From a virus (taxonomy: Duplodnaviria; Caudoviricetes), in the IMG/VR virus record IMGVR_UViG_3300032265_000046, positions 1 through 51,601 of that record: a stretch of 51,601 nucleotides of DNA; one strand, 5' to 3'. Position numbers and translations under genes: made by a program. The notes beneath the pieces were generated by a model that was not told where the DNA came from, did not search any database, and saw only the letters and a list, made by a program, of their open reading frames with translations. Below, piece after piece: positions 16,525 through 26,359 of this stretch. The stretch's first letter is position 1, and each line of letters opens with the position of its first letter.

Positions 16525-16550
16525 AAAAGCCCCTGAAAAGGGGGCAAAAA
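16523..16550 (-). terminator. Intrinsic terminator of the late minus-strand operon at the convergence point
   Basis: Minus strand GCCCC-loop-GGGGC followed by TTTTTT. Confidence 0.8.
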
Positions 16551-16569
16551 GGAGAGTGGCAACTGCTCC

Positions 16570-18399
16570 TTATTCTTCTTGGCGCTCGCGTTTAGCCGCC
16601 AAAATACCACCAAGTTGTGACAAGCCACCGCGCACAGGTTCTGCTACCGCACGCATTTGCGCTGGTCTTTCTGTAGCCAATGCAGTCAAGCCACGCATTG
16701 CAGGTTTGTTGTACATAGCGCCCGCGGCAACTAACGGAGCACCGCTTGTAAGAAAATGTCCGCCAGCCTCCGCCGCGCCAAATCCAAGCATCTTTCCCAA
16801 TGCCGCTGGAGTTAGCAAACGAGCCGCTGTACCGCTATCTGGCAGTCCTTTACCCATAACGGAGACCGCCGCCTGAGACTCAGGCACTGACATACCTATA
16901 CCTCTTGCAGTTGCACGACGACCAGCCATAGACTCAGCCGCGGAACGCATTTGGTTGGCAGAAAATACAGCCTCATCTGCGCCACGCAAAGCCGCCGCTT
17001 TTTCTACGCGAAGATAATTTTTAAACGCCTCGTGCGCCTCTCTAAGTTCTTTGCCCACTTGTGGGTTTTGTTTGGTCAATTCATTGCGTAAGGCTTCTTG
17101 GAACTCACGCAGGGCAAAACCTTGACTGCGCTGTATTGGGTCTGCGCTTGAAATATATGTCTTAGCCATCTCGCCCAAACTCATTTCGGCTATACGAAAT
17201 TGTTTTCCATCAAGCGAGTATCTTTCCAAGAGTGGCTCAAAGAATGTTTTCTTTAGAGCGTCATCTACTTTTTGAGCGGCTTCTGGGACGAGATTTTTTG
17301 TTATGTTGACACTCGAATCCATCATTCGATTGATAGTTGTCGAATTTGTCTTAGGGTCAATAAAGTTACCAAAAGAGATTTTTGGCTCTAAACTTTTATA
17401 CGCACCATTTATTTTTGAATACAAATGGTTGATCATGTCCTGACCAGCAGAGACACTTTTTGGCAAAGTCTCGTGCAAAGGTTTTAGTACCTGATTACCC
17501 ATAGCGCGGTTGAAGTCTTCGGTTGCTATGCGTTGTCCGTGTCCAATGATTGAACCAAGTAATGGAGCGCTTGTCAGTGCCTCTTCCGCTTTTTGAATCA
17601 TGCCTCCAACCACTGGGATTTGCCCCGCGAGTTGACCGGGCGTGAAGTGCTTCATCCCCAACTCTTGCAACATCTTCATTTCATCAGATACTTTGGGATT
17701 AAAAATCATTTGACCAGCCTTGCCCAATGCACCCCCAAGCACAGTGCCAAAACCAACCTGCTCGGCTTTCTTAGCCAAAAAATCTGCATAGTCTTCTGTG
17801 TCTGATGTTGGCGTAAAAGCCGCAGAACCTGCTCCTTGTGCGGCAGACTTAGCCAATACAGATTTATCTAAGACAGAACCTATTTTTGATGTGGCTCCAC
17901 GAATCTGCGGAACAAATTTTGGAATCTTGCCTGCCAATTCAAACATCTTCATAGGCGCAGGACTGGCAACTTGACCCACAATATCAGCAACTTCGGCTGG
18001 CGTTCCACCAACTTGTGCGCCCATGTTAGTAACTTTTTCTAGAGTTTCAGCAGGTTTGTTGATGCCTAGAAACTGAGCCGCACCAGCAAATGGCTTAAGC
18101 ATTCCAGCCGATCCGCTCATCAACGTAGCACCCATGCGTTGACCCATACCATAATCCATAGGAACCCCGCTAACAGGGTCATAAACTGTGTCTGGGTTTG
18201 CGTAGGGGTTTGGTGGCGCAACCTTTTGCGGAGGCTCTTGAACAAGTGGTTTTACAGGCTCTGCTGGGGCTTGTTTCTTTATGGAAGAGTAGTGCTCCTC
18301 CGCCGCTTGTTGGAGGTCAGCCTCAGTCGCCCCCGATGGGCCTTGAATCCTAAGTATCGTGCCGTCTGGGGCTTGTATTTTATAAATTACATCAGACAT
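16570..18399 (-). CDS. Putative internal virion/DNA ejection protein
   Basis: 609 aa, Ala/Gly/Gln-rich; last gene of the tail module; N-terminal YKIQAPDG...IQGP.GAT. Confidence 0.6.
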   Translation of the reverse strand: MSDVIYKIQAPDGTILRIQGPSGATEADLQQAAEEHYSSIKKQAPAEPVKPLVQEPPQKVAPPNPYANPDTVYDPVSGVPMDYGMGQRMGATLMSGSAGMLKPFAGAAQFLGINKPAETLEKVTNMGAQVGGTPAEVADIVGQVASPAPMKMFELAGKIPKFVPQIRGATSKIGSVLDKSVLAKSAAQGAGSAAFTPTSDTEDYADFLAKKAEQVGFGTVLGGALGKAGQMIFNPKVSDEMKMLQELGMKHFTPGQLAGQIPVVGGMIQKAEEALTSAPLLGSIIGHGQRIATEDFNRAMGNQVLKPLHETLPKSVSAGQDMINHLYSKINGAYKSLEPKISFGNFIDPKTNSTTINRMMDSSVNITKNLVPEAAQKVDDALKKTFFEPLLERYSLDGKQFRIAEMSLGEMAKTYISSADPIQRSQGFALREFQEALRNELTKQNPQVGKELREAHEAFKNYLRVEKAAALRGADEAVFSANQMRSAAESMAGRRATARGIGMSVPESQAAVSVMGKGLPDSGTAARLLTPAALGKMLGFGAAEAGGHFLTSGAPLVAAGAMYNKPAMRGLTALATERPAQMRAVAEPVRGGLSQLGGILAAKRERQEE

Positions 18400-19946
18400 T
18401 ACGGAGCCTTTGCTGGTTCAGTACCTACAACTTTAAATTTAGATTTGCCACTAGACGATGGCGACGCTGGCTCCTCATCAAATACGGGCGGACGACCTTC
18501 AGCAATATCTTTTGCGCGTTGTTGAGCACGCAACATAAACTTGTTAATTTCAACAAGCGAGTTATCAAAGGATTTTTTGGACATCCCGGGATTGAGTTTT
18601 GCAATTGCATCCGTGATCTTGTCGCCTTCTTTGTTAGATAGCGCACCCAACCCCCTCATTGATTGGACGTTAGCCAAGAATGTTTGGGACTTGAGTTTTT
18701 CCATTTCATTCATAAAGTCAAAAGAATTTGTGCCGCGGACTAATTGCGCTGGATTGTATGTAGTCAATCCGTTCATGCGACCGGGGTGGTTCTTAATTAA
18801 ATTAACTTGATTGATCACATCCTGAGCAGTATCGAAAGCCTGTTTTTGGGTTTGTTGTGCAAGATTTTTCTTAGTCTCTTGGGCTTGTTGCTGATCAAAC
18901 AAACGCTGTTGCGCTAAAGATTGGTTGACAGATGACACCGCCGCCGCCTGCGCCAATGCTGACTGACGATCCATATGCGAGGTCATCATGGTTAACATTT
19001 GATTTGCTAACTTGTCGGCATCTTCTTCTTTTATTAATCCTGACTTGTATCTCTGTGCGGCGAGTACCGCTTGTTGTCGAATGGCTGGGTCTTGAGCCAT
19101 CATTGCTAATGCATCAAATGGCGTTCCTTCGGTTGAACGGTCACCAAGCAGACCTGCCTTGCGCATCTCTGGAATAGCCTTGATAAACTCCAGCGCGTCT
19201 TTAGGCCCCGCCAAGCGGAAAATATCCCGCACTGCGGTTGGGTTTACTTGGTAAGAAGTAATAGGCTCTTCACCTTCTTTAGTGGGAGTTTTAACCTGCG
19301 TAAACATATTTCGATACGCAGTCTCTATGTTTGACTTTTTTTGTTGCTCTACTATTTGTGCAACATATTTTGGGTCACCAGACAACTGCGTTAAGCGTTG
19401 CGCCGCATTAGGATCAAACACAAAAGTTTCTTCGCCATAAGGGTCTTTAACTTTTTTATAAAGAGAAGATGACGCGCTTTCTAACAAACGACGTTTGCGC
19501 TCTTCTTGAACCGCTTTTTGCAATTCAACTTGCTTACCCATCAATTCGCTTTGACCAGTCAACTCATCTTGCGATGCCCTGTTGTAGGCTGATGCGCCCT
19601 GACCAAGCGACTCAAAAAAGTTTCCTGTCTTAGTCGGTTGCGCCATGCCTATGCCTAATGCCAACAATTTAGGGTCATAGTTCAGACCTTGATTGGGTTG
19701 CATACGCTTTGTCAAAGCCTCTTGCATCTTTTGAATTTGTGTATCCAAAACATTTTGACCCTGACGGTATTTGTTCATCTCTGCGTCAACATCAAATCCA
19801 CCCTTGTTGGATAGATTTTCAGACGCAATTTGATCCGCCTGCGATGCCTGATCTATTTTTGGCGCAGGCTGTGCAGGCTGATTAGATTGATTAGGCGGTG
19901 GCGCTTGAGCGACTTGATTTAAACCACCCTGTTGTTGTTCATTCAT
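18399..19946 (-). CDS. Putative internal virion/ejection protein
   Basis: 515 aa, Gln-rich coiled coils; C-terminal GLGALSNKEG segment reminiscent of P22-type ejection proteins. Confidence 0.6.
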   Translation of the reverse strand: MNEQQQGGLNQVAQAPPPNQSNQPAQPAPKIDQASQADQIASENLSNKGGFDVDAEMNKYRQGQNVLDTQIQKMQEALTKRMQPNQGLNYDPKLLALGIGMAQPTKTGNFFESLGQGASAYNRASQDELTGQSELMGKQVELQKAVQEERKRRLLESASSSLYKKVKDPYGEETFVFDPNAAQRLTQLSGDPKYVAQIVEQQKKSNIETAYRNMFTQVKTPTKEGEEPITSYQVNPTAVRDIFRLAGPKDALEFIKAIPEMRKAGLLGDRSTEGTPFDALAMMAQDPAIRQQAVLAAQRYKSGLIKEEDADKLANQMLTMMTSHMDRQSALAQAAAVSSVNQSLAQQRLFDQQQAQETKKNLAQQTQKQAFDTAQDVINQVNLIKNHPGRMNGLTTYNPAQLVRGTNSFDFMNEMEKLKSQTFLANVQSMRGLGALSNKEGDKITDAIAKLNPGMSKKSFDNSLVEINKFMLRAQQRAKDIAEGRPPVFDEEPASPSSSGKSKFKVVGTEPAKAP

Positions 19947-19949
19947 TTT

Positions 19950-20942
19950 TTACCCCACTAAATAGCCGTGATCATCATAGAAATTACCCTGACCATCGTG
20001 GTAAGAAGCGCCCATAGGTACTCCTCCATCTGCCATCATTACAGCACCGCCGTCCGCCTTTGCTACTACTGGTTTCGTTACATCCATACCTTGTTTGATG
20101 GCATTGGATATATCAGAATTACCAGACAACGACGCGAGTATTGTTCCCAAAGAACCGATTTGAGTCAGTGGGCTGAGTCCGAATTGTCCTTGGGTGCCGG
20201 GAGCCACCGTCTGCTGTAATGAACCCATAGGCACCGTACCCGCTGGCAACAGTTTTGCATAGTTCTGCGCTTGCAACATTGGGTAATCAAGCGCCGCTTG
20301 CCCTAACTTCTGCTGGTTTGCACCAAAGTTAAATAGAGTGTTTAAACCACCAGTACCAAGTTGATTTTGTGCTTGACCTAGTTGACCCAAACCCTGACCT
20401 GCCGTTATTTGACGACCTAAATCAGTTTGAGCGGCTTTTGTAGCCGTGTCATACCCTGTGCTAAGTGCTTGATATTGCTTGCCTAACAAATCGCTTTGGA
20501 TGTCGCGTAGCGTGTTTCCTGTAATCTGTTGCTGGCGCTGTGAACCAAACTGTCCTGAACCAGCCGCTACACCACCAAGTGCAGGCAAAACATTCTCTTG
20601 CACATTACGGTTAACCAAACGACCCATCTCGTCCACAACATTGGACTGGTACGGGTTCATGTAGCCTTGGACTATCTCAGGAGTTGCTGTACCGCCTGCG
20701 CCTGTCAACATTTGGCTGGCTTGACCCAATGATCCAGAGCCAGCAAACGCCATGTCTGGAGCCATTTGGAAGGCTTGCTGTTGGAGCGGGCTAAACCCTG
20801 CGACACCGCCCTGTTGGACAGCGCTCTGCCCTAAGTTTGCAATATCTTGGAGGTAATTGTTGTAGTAATCGGGGGCGGTATCCTGCTTCTGAACCGTTGT
20901 GGTTACATCTGGCAGTGCCGCGCCTTGGAATAGATCAGCCAT
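19950..20942 (-). CDS. Putative ejection (pilot-type) protein
   Basis: YMNPYQ..VV, GQFGSQR Gln/Gly-rich pattern; C-terminal KADGG/MADGG. Confidence 0.6.
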   Translation of the reverse strand: MADLFQGAALPDVTTTVQKQDTAPDYYNNYLQDIANLGQSAVQQGGVAGFSPLQQQAFQMAPDMAFAGSGSLGQASQMLTGAGGTATPEIVQGYMNPYQSNVVDEMGRLVNRNVQENVLPALGGVAAGSGQFGSQRQQQITGNTLRDIQSDLLGKQYQALSTGYDTATKAAQTDLGRQITAGQGLGQLGQAQNQLGTGGLNTLFNFGANQQKLGQAALDYPMLQAQNYAKLLPAGTVPMGSLQQTVAPGTQGQFGLSPLTQIGSLGTILASLSGNSDISNAIKQGMDVTKPVVAKADGGAVMMADGGVPMGASYHDGQGNFYDDHGYLVG

Positions 20943-23448
20943 TCATAGACTCCTTGATATAGTTCAAAGGTGATTTAGCCTTTGGGGGTATTTTACCGAG
21001 AGGTGCGCTTCTTTTGTGCGCCCGTACTTCTTCGCGGAACTTATCTAGCACCTTTGCGCCAGCCTTATTAGAACCGTTACCTAACATGGAAACCAATTCG
21101 GCATCCATAACGTATTCTCCATCAGCCAGCCATGCAGGAATGTCGTCCGATTGACCATCGCCGGCACCGTTAACAGCGGAGCCTTGACGGAAATCCACGC
21201 GCTTGTCTACCACTGGATTGGTGTGGTGGCTATGTTGGGTGTGAGCCTGCGAGAGTCCACCCTTTTTCATGCCATGCGCCAAGCCAAGTGTCTCGGCTGG
21301 ATCAATAGCGCGACCAAACGTGTAATGCGTTGCGCCACCCGTAGCCATTGCTGGCTCTTGCGTTGTATCTGAATTACCAGACTGATCCACTGGATTACCT
21401 TGGTCGTCGGTGTACTGAGTCATTTCAGGCTCGTTCAAATAACCAGAAATGCCAAGGTCTGAATACAAGCGCTGGTCTGGGGTGTATTGGTAATCAGAAC
21501 TTTGGTCGTAGTCTTGGTATGGAACAACAGTGCTACCAGTGCCTGTGCGACCGCCTGTCATACCTGCACCAAAATCTGTAGTTCTTGGAGTTATTGCTGT
21601 TAATTCCGAAATATCTACTGGCTGTCTCGTACCGCTTGAATCACCGCTTGAACCCATCAACGAAGTTAGCAATGCGCCAATTGCACCGCCAGCAAGCGCT
21701 GGGTTTTGGCTCACATATGATTTAAGCGCATCTACTATGCTGGTATCTTCTGGTTTTGCATCTGTAGGAACAACTGCATTTTGTTTAGCAAAACTTGGTT
21801 TTGCAACGTCACCTACAGAAGTAATTGCTCCAACAGCAGGTTTTGTATTGCTTGGCAAACCAGTATTGGTAACTGGCGTACCCGTAAAGTTTATGGGTTG
21901 ATTGGTCTGCATATCATAGGTTTGATTTCCTACTGAATATGTTCCATCCCCATTGTCAGTCACAACATCTACACCGCCATTTGGATTATCTCTATACAAA
22001 GGCATATCCGTTTGCATATCAAAGGTCGTGCCATTGAGGGTATAAGTTCCATCGTTGTTGTCTACAGCGCCTTCTGGCATATAGGAAGTATCTGCACTTG
22101 TATTAGATGCTGATGCAATACTGCTCAAAGATGTTGGGGCATTGGATTTTGCATATCCTTGGTTACCAAGCACAGGGACGTAAGAGTCACCAGACTCGTT
22201 TGTTCCTAAAGGCTTATACAAGTCTCCAGTTTCAGGATTAATCGCATAGTCTGTGATAGCCCCAGTTTCATCAACAAGGTTTCCGTCAGCGAATCTAGGC
22301 AATCCGCCTTTTTGTTTTTGATGCATAGAGCCACCATTTTTTGCAAAAGAGTCATAACTAAAATCGTATCCTGATCCGCCACCAGAATCTACTGGCGTAT
22401 CGTTACCCGCTAGTGTGTAGTCGCCACCACCAAGTGAGTAATCTCCACCCCCAAGCGTGTAATCGCCACCTAATGTGTAATCACCACCAACAGTAGTGTC
22501 ACCAGCAACAACAGTGTCACCGCCAGTAACCGTGGTGTCTCCGCCAGTAACAGTTGTATTGCCACCAGTAACGGCAGTGTCTGCGCCTGTAACAGTATTA
22601 CCACCATCAACAGCCTCCATACCAGCCGTAGTTCCATCAGCGTTGTAAGTGGTTTTAATGCCATCCTCAATTACGGTATATGTTCCATCTGCATTTTTAA
22701 TTGCACCTTCTGGTGGAGTAAAAGACTCTTCAGATGCCTTAACTCGGTCAAGTTCCGCTTGAATTTCTTCGTCAGTTAAAACTTTACTGGTGATAGGCAC
22801 ATTTGTTTTTCCACCAGCACCAGTAGTTCCGCCAGCAGGTGACTTTGCGCCACCAGAAGTTCCACCACCAGCGGGTTGCTTAGTGCCACCACCTAGAATA
22901 TTTCCAATAAGCGCACCCGCGCCAGCACCTGCAATCGTTTTGACAATTGGATTATTAAGAACACTGGTTATGCCAGAGGTATTAGTTTTTGGAATAGTTA
23001 TTGGCGTTTTTGTGGTTGGCGTAGTTATGGGTTTTACTGGAGTCTTTGTTGTGGTTGCTATAGGAGTAACAGGCTTTTTAGGCGTTGTAATAATTGGCTT
23101 AACGGGTTGCTTAACAGTAACTGGCGTTTTGCTGACTGGTTGTACAACTTTGCTAGGCAAATTGGATATTGGGGTTTTAGGCTGAACTACAGAAGTAAGT
23201 GGAGTTTTTCCAACAGGTGACCCAACAGAAGAAATTGGCGCAACAGGTTTATTTGAATTTGTTGCTAAGTTTTGATTACTGATTGAAGTAACAGGTCTAT
23301 TTGGGTTTGCCGCAATGCTTTGGTTGATTGGAGCAACGCCTGTTCTTGTTTGAGACCTGCCAAAGTTGCGAGGCGCATTACGCATCACCGAACTTATAGT
23401 TCGTACTGGTGTTCTGGTCTCTAAAGGGTTAATGATTGTTTTAGCCAT
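20935..23448 (-). CDS. Large low-complexity virion-region protein with globular-looking C-terminal domain
   Basis: Pro/Thr/Lys-rich N-terminus, GGDTTV/GGDYTL repeats, C-terminal GAGDGQSDDIPAWLADGEYV. Confidence 0.65.
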   Translation of the reverse strand: MAKTIINPLETRTPVRTISSVMRNAPRNFGRSQTRTGVAPINQSIAANPNRPVTSISNQNLATNSNKPVAPISSVGSPVGKTPLTSVVQPKTPISNLPSKVVQPVSKTPVTVKQPVKPIITTPKKPVTPIATTTKTPVKPITTPTTKTPITIPKTNTSGITSVLNNPIVKTIAGAGAGALIGNILGGGTKQPAGGGTSGGAKSPAGGTTGAGGKTNVPITSKVLTDEEIQAELDRVKASEESFTPPEGAIKNADGTYTVIEDGIKTTYNADGTTAGMEAVDGGNTVTGADTAVTGGNTTVTGGDTTVTGGDTVVAGDTTVGGDYTLGGDYTLGGGDYSLGGGDYTLAGNDTPVDSGGGSGYDFSYDSFAKNGGSMHQKQKGGLPRFADGNLVDETGAITDYAINPETGDLYKPLGTNESGDSYVPVLGNQGYAKSNAPTSLSSIASASNTSADTSYMPEGAVDNNDGTYTLNGTTFDMQTDMPLYRDNPNGGVDVVTDNGDGTYSVGNQTYDMQTNQPINFTGTPVTNTGLPSNTKPAVGAITSVGDVAKPSFAKQNAVVPTDAKPEDTSIVDALKSYVSQNPALAGGAIGALLTSLMGSSGDSSGTRQPVDISELTAITPRTTDFGAGMTGGRTGTGSTVVPYQDYDQSSDYQYTPDQRLYSDLGISGYLNEPEMTQYTDDQGNPVDQSGNSDTTQEPAMATGGATHYTFGRAIDPAETLGLAHGMKKGGLSQAHTQHSHHTNPVVDKRVDFRQGSAVNGAGDGQSDDIPAWLADGEYVMDAELVSMLGNGSNKAGAKVLDKFREEVRAHKRSAPLGKIPPKAKSPLNYIKESMNG
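22405..22605 (-). repeat. Degenerate in-frame tandem repeats (GGxTTVT and GGDYTL units)
   Basis: About 6 GG(N/D)TxVT-like units and 4 GGDY(T/S)L units in the translation. Confidence 0.8.
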
Positions 23449-23451
23449 TGT

Positions 23452-26097
23452 TTATACCAACCTCGTTTGGTTGCCTAAAGTTGTTGTCAGTTTCGCCGTA
23501 AGCGGATTAGTTATTGGTGTTTTCACCAAATTTAAACTTGGGTTTTTTGTTTGAGTTATTGGTATTAATTTATCTGTATTTACTTGCGCAAGTGGATTGC
23601 CAACTTTTGAATCTGAAATTTGTGTAGCAGTATTTTGTCTTGCAGAATTTATAGCATTCAAAACACTCTTGTTATCTGTAACAAAGTTTTTAACATCAGC
23701 AAGTTGATTTAATCCGCCAGTTGGTTTTGTTGTATCTTCAGTTTGAATGTCTTCACCTGATAGCGAAGCAGTTTTTGTTGTTGGGCTAATCGAAGATACT
23801 GCATTATTCACAATACTTTTTAGTGTTGCGGTAGCACTTGGTACATTCGTATCAATTGCAGTGGCAAGTTCCATACCCGCCGAAGTAACCGCTGATTGAT
23901 TGCCAGAGTTATATGCTTGGACAAGTTTGGTTGCGGCACCCGCCAGTTTTAAATCAGGACTGTTTACCAAGTTTCCAGAAACCTGTAACAAACCGCTTAG
24001 ATCATTTTTTGCAATTGCATTAGCCGCAGACAACGTACTCATAGCCAGTGATACGGTTGGCATATTTTCAGTGTTTGCTACATTTGCGCCCATTGCTATC
24101 AATGGCGTGAAATTTCCCTTATCCGCCGCTTGCACTGCGCTGATTGCCGATGCCGCCAACTTTGCTGTTGAAATATTTGATGCCGCCTGCACCGCTGGAT
24201 TAAATCCTTTAGTTGCTATATCACTGGATAAGTCCAAACCGCTTACAGAATTCAAACCATTTACGGATTGCATACCAGCAATATCTGCACCCTGCAACCC
24301 TGTATAGCCTGATATCCCGCTCATAACCGTGCCAAGGTTAAATTTGCCTTGGCCTAAATCGGTTGCAACATCGACTAAAGATAATTCGGGTTCAATTATT
24401 TTGGCAACTGTCCAAAGAGGGCCGAGGTCTTTTAACCCACCCGCTATATCACTAGCAAGGTTTTTAAAAAAACCACCACCGCTTGTTGCTACTTGGGCAG
24501 GCTTTGCATTGCCTTGTGCATCCCAATGCCCATATACATAATGACCACCATCTAACCAAGTAACGACACGAGGATCGCCTTGGTAATCATATGCTTTTCC
24601 GTTTTGATCATACGAAACAGTTACAGGAATGCCATTGACGTAGGTCGGTTTGTTTGAAACATAGTTTCCACTGTCCGCATCTAGTGTGACGTCAGCATTT
24701 TTTATTTGGGGTCGTGGTGTATATGTATATGGATTTCCATTTTCATCGTATGACGTGATTGGCGCAGATGGCGTAAATTCCAACTGTGTTGGTATACCAG
24801 CCTTTTTTATGTCTATAGGCGTAAACAATTGAACTTGATAGTCTTGAATTTTTCCACCAAAGTTTTCATTGGCTGTGTATTGCGCCATGTTTGCTATTTG
24901 GTTATACGCCGTAGGGCTTATAAGTTCAATTTGCCCCTGAAAAGTACCTGCTTTATCAATAGCAGATTGTGCTTGTGCTTGCGTAAAAGCGCCATTAGAA
25001 GCATCTGCTATTTGCTGTGCAGTAAAACCATTATTTTTTGCAAAAGTTGCTAATGCATATGGGTTATTTAAATTTGCAGATACCGTATTTTTAAGGATGG
25101 CATCTTGCGAACCCAATATTGTTTTTACAGAAGCAACACCTAATCCCGTAGCAGAAGCAATTTGTTCTGGTGTGAAGTTGTACTTGTCTTGATAAGCCTT
25201 GATGCCTTTGGCTTCATCCAGAGAAATATTACTGTCTGCTAATACAGCAGAAAGATTTTGCTTGATTGTGTCTGTTTGTTGTTTTAATTGATAATTTTGA
25301 ACATACTGCGTGTAGGCATCATTTGGGTTTGCCTTTTCATATGCAGAAACAGAATTTTGAAATATATTTTTAAAGTCTTGCGGAGAAATTTTTCCAGCGT
25401 TTAATTCACCTTTCCAATAATCAACTTCTGATTGTTTAACTTCATTTGTTTTTCCACCAACTCCAGTACGTCCAATGTCACTATAAGCGTCATTAATTAG
25501 TTTGTTGTAAATGGTATCTGTGTCAGTCAGGCGCCCTTCGTTTATCCCGTAGGTGCTGTAATGCAGTTTGGCAAAATCATCCGCACTTAACCCGCCAGAA
25601 GATGTTTTGTATGCCTCGGCTACATCTGGGTTAGCCGCAAGATAAGCATTGCCACTGAACCCCGTTGGTATTTGTTGCGCTTGATAATTGTTAACGTACT
25701 GTGTGTAGGGGTCGTTTGGATTTGCCGCTTTGAATGAATTGACAGCGGCGTTAAATGCAGATTGAAAGTTATTTGGATTTAAAGCCCCAGATGTAATTTG
25801 GTTAGCCCAATATTCTTTTTCGCCCGGCGTAAGAGCGCCTAATCCAACGCCAGTATCTGATCTGCCAGTGCCAGCGTATGCCTTTGAAATTAAATTATTA
25901 ATATCTGTTGTAGATGGCGTATCAATGGGAAGTTCTCCTCCTCCTCCTCCTCGTCCAGAAGAACTGCTTGATTCATTTGGAGGTGGTGGCGGTGCAAGTG
26001 GTTGTAATCCATTTTGAGCGGCGGCAATAAGTTCATCCGTAGTTGCATTTGGATTTGCGGCTTGCATTGCGGCTACTTGGTCTTCTGTTATTGCCAT
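23452..26097 (-). CDS. Large virion-region protein with internal duplications
   Basis: 881 aa; two copies of Y...GR...E..YW...G....F...ANPND.YTQYV.NYQ; AYLAANPDVA...HY..YG..EGR segment. Confidence 0.65.
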   Translation of the reverse strand: MAITEDQVAAMQAANPNATTDELIAAAQNGLQPLAPPPPPNESSSSSGRGGGGGELPIDTPSTTDINNLISKAYAGTGRSDTGVGLGALTPGEKEYWANQITSGALNPNNFQSAFNAAVNSFKAANPNDPYTQYVNNYQAQQIPTGFSGNAYLAANPDVAEAYKTSSGGLSADDFAKLHYSTYGINEGRLTDTDTIYNKLINDAYSDIGRTGVGGKTNEVKQSEVDYWKGELNAGKISPQDFKNIFQNSVSAYEKANPNDAYTQYVQNYQLKQQTDTIKQNLSAVLADSNISLDEAKGIKAYQDKYNFTPEQIASATGLGVASVKTILGSQDAILKNTVSANLNNPYALATFAKNNGFTAQQIADASNGAFTQAQAQSAIDKAGTFQGQIELISPTAYNQIANMAQYTANENFGGKIQDYQVQLFTPIDIKKAGIPTQLEFTPSAPITSYDENGNPYTYTPRPQIKNADVTLDADSGNYVSNKPTYVNGIPVTVSYDQNGKAYDYQGDPRVVTWLDGGHYVYGHWDAQGNAKPAQVATSGGGFFKNLASDIAGGLKDLGPLWTVAKIIEPELSLVDVATDLGQGKFNLGTVMSGISGYTGLQGADIAGMQSVNGLNSVSGLDLSSDIATKGFNPAVQAASNISTAKLAASAISAVQAADKGNFTPLIAMGANVANTENMPTVSLAMSTLSAANAIAKNDLSGLLQVSGNLVNSPDLKLAGAATKLVQAYNSGNQSAVTSAGMELATAIDTNVPSATATLKSIVNNAVSSISPTTKTASLSGEDIQTEDTTKPTGGLNQLADVKNFVTDNKSVLNAINSARQNTATQISDSKVGNPLAQVNTDKLIPITQTKNPSLNLVKTPITNPLTAKLTTTLGNQTRLV

Positions 26098-26100
26098 ATA

Positions 26101-26358
26101 TTATCCAAACACTTGTGTTGGTTGATTTACTGCGCCGACTAGTGCCTGCGCCCATTCGTGCCAATTGTCGTAGATGTAGGGGCCGGGGATGCCTTCGTTG
26201 GTAAATATATCAATCGCCTTCAATCCCGCCGCCCACTCTTTCCAATGCTCCTCCCCAGAGGGAACAGCCAATTGTTGACCAGCATACGCCTCGCACATAA
26301 GACTCGCCCATGAGTCCCATGTGTGATATCGAGGATCGTAGACAAGCGCCAGTGCCAT
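26101..26358 (-). CDS. Small Trp-rich tail-region protein
   Basis: 85 aa from ATG 26358, just after the nozzle gene stop. Confidence 0.7.
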   Translation of the reverse strand: MALALVYDPRYHTWDSWASLMCEAYAGQQLAVPSGEEHWKEWAAGLKAIDIFTNEGIPGPYIYDNWHEWAQALVGAVNQPTQVFG

Positions 26359-26359
26359 A

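Noticed and set aside
24460-24480. T TTT TTT slippery run in the 881-aa gene
   Set aside because: No evident stimulatory structure, and the -1 frame stops immediately with no meaningful product.
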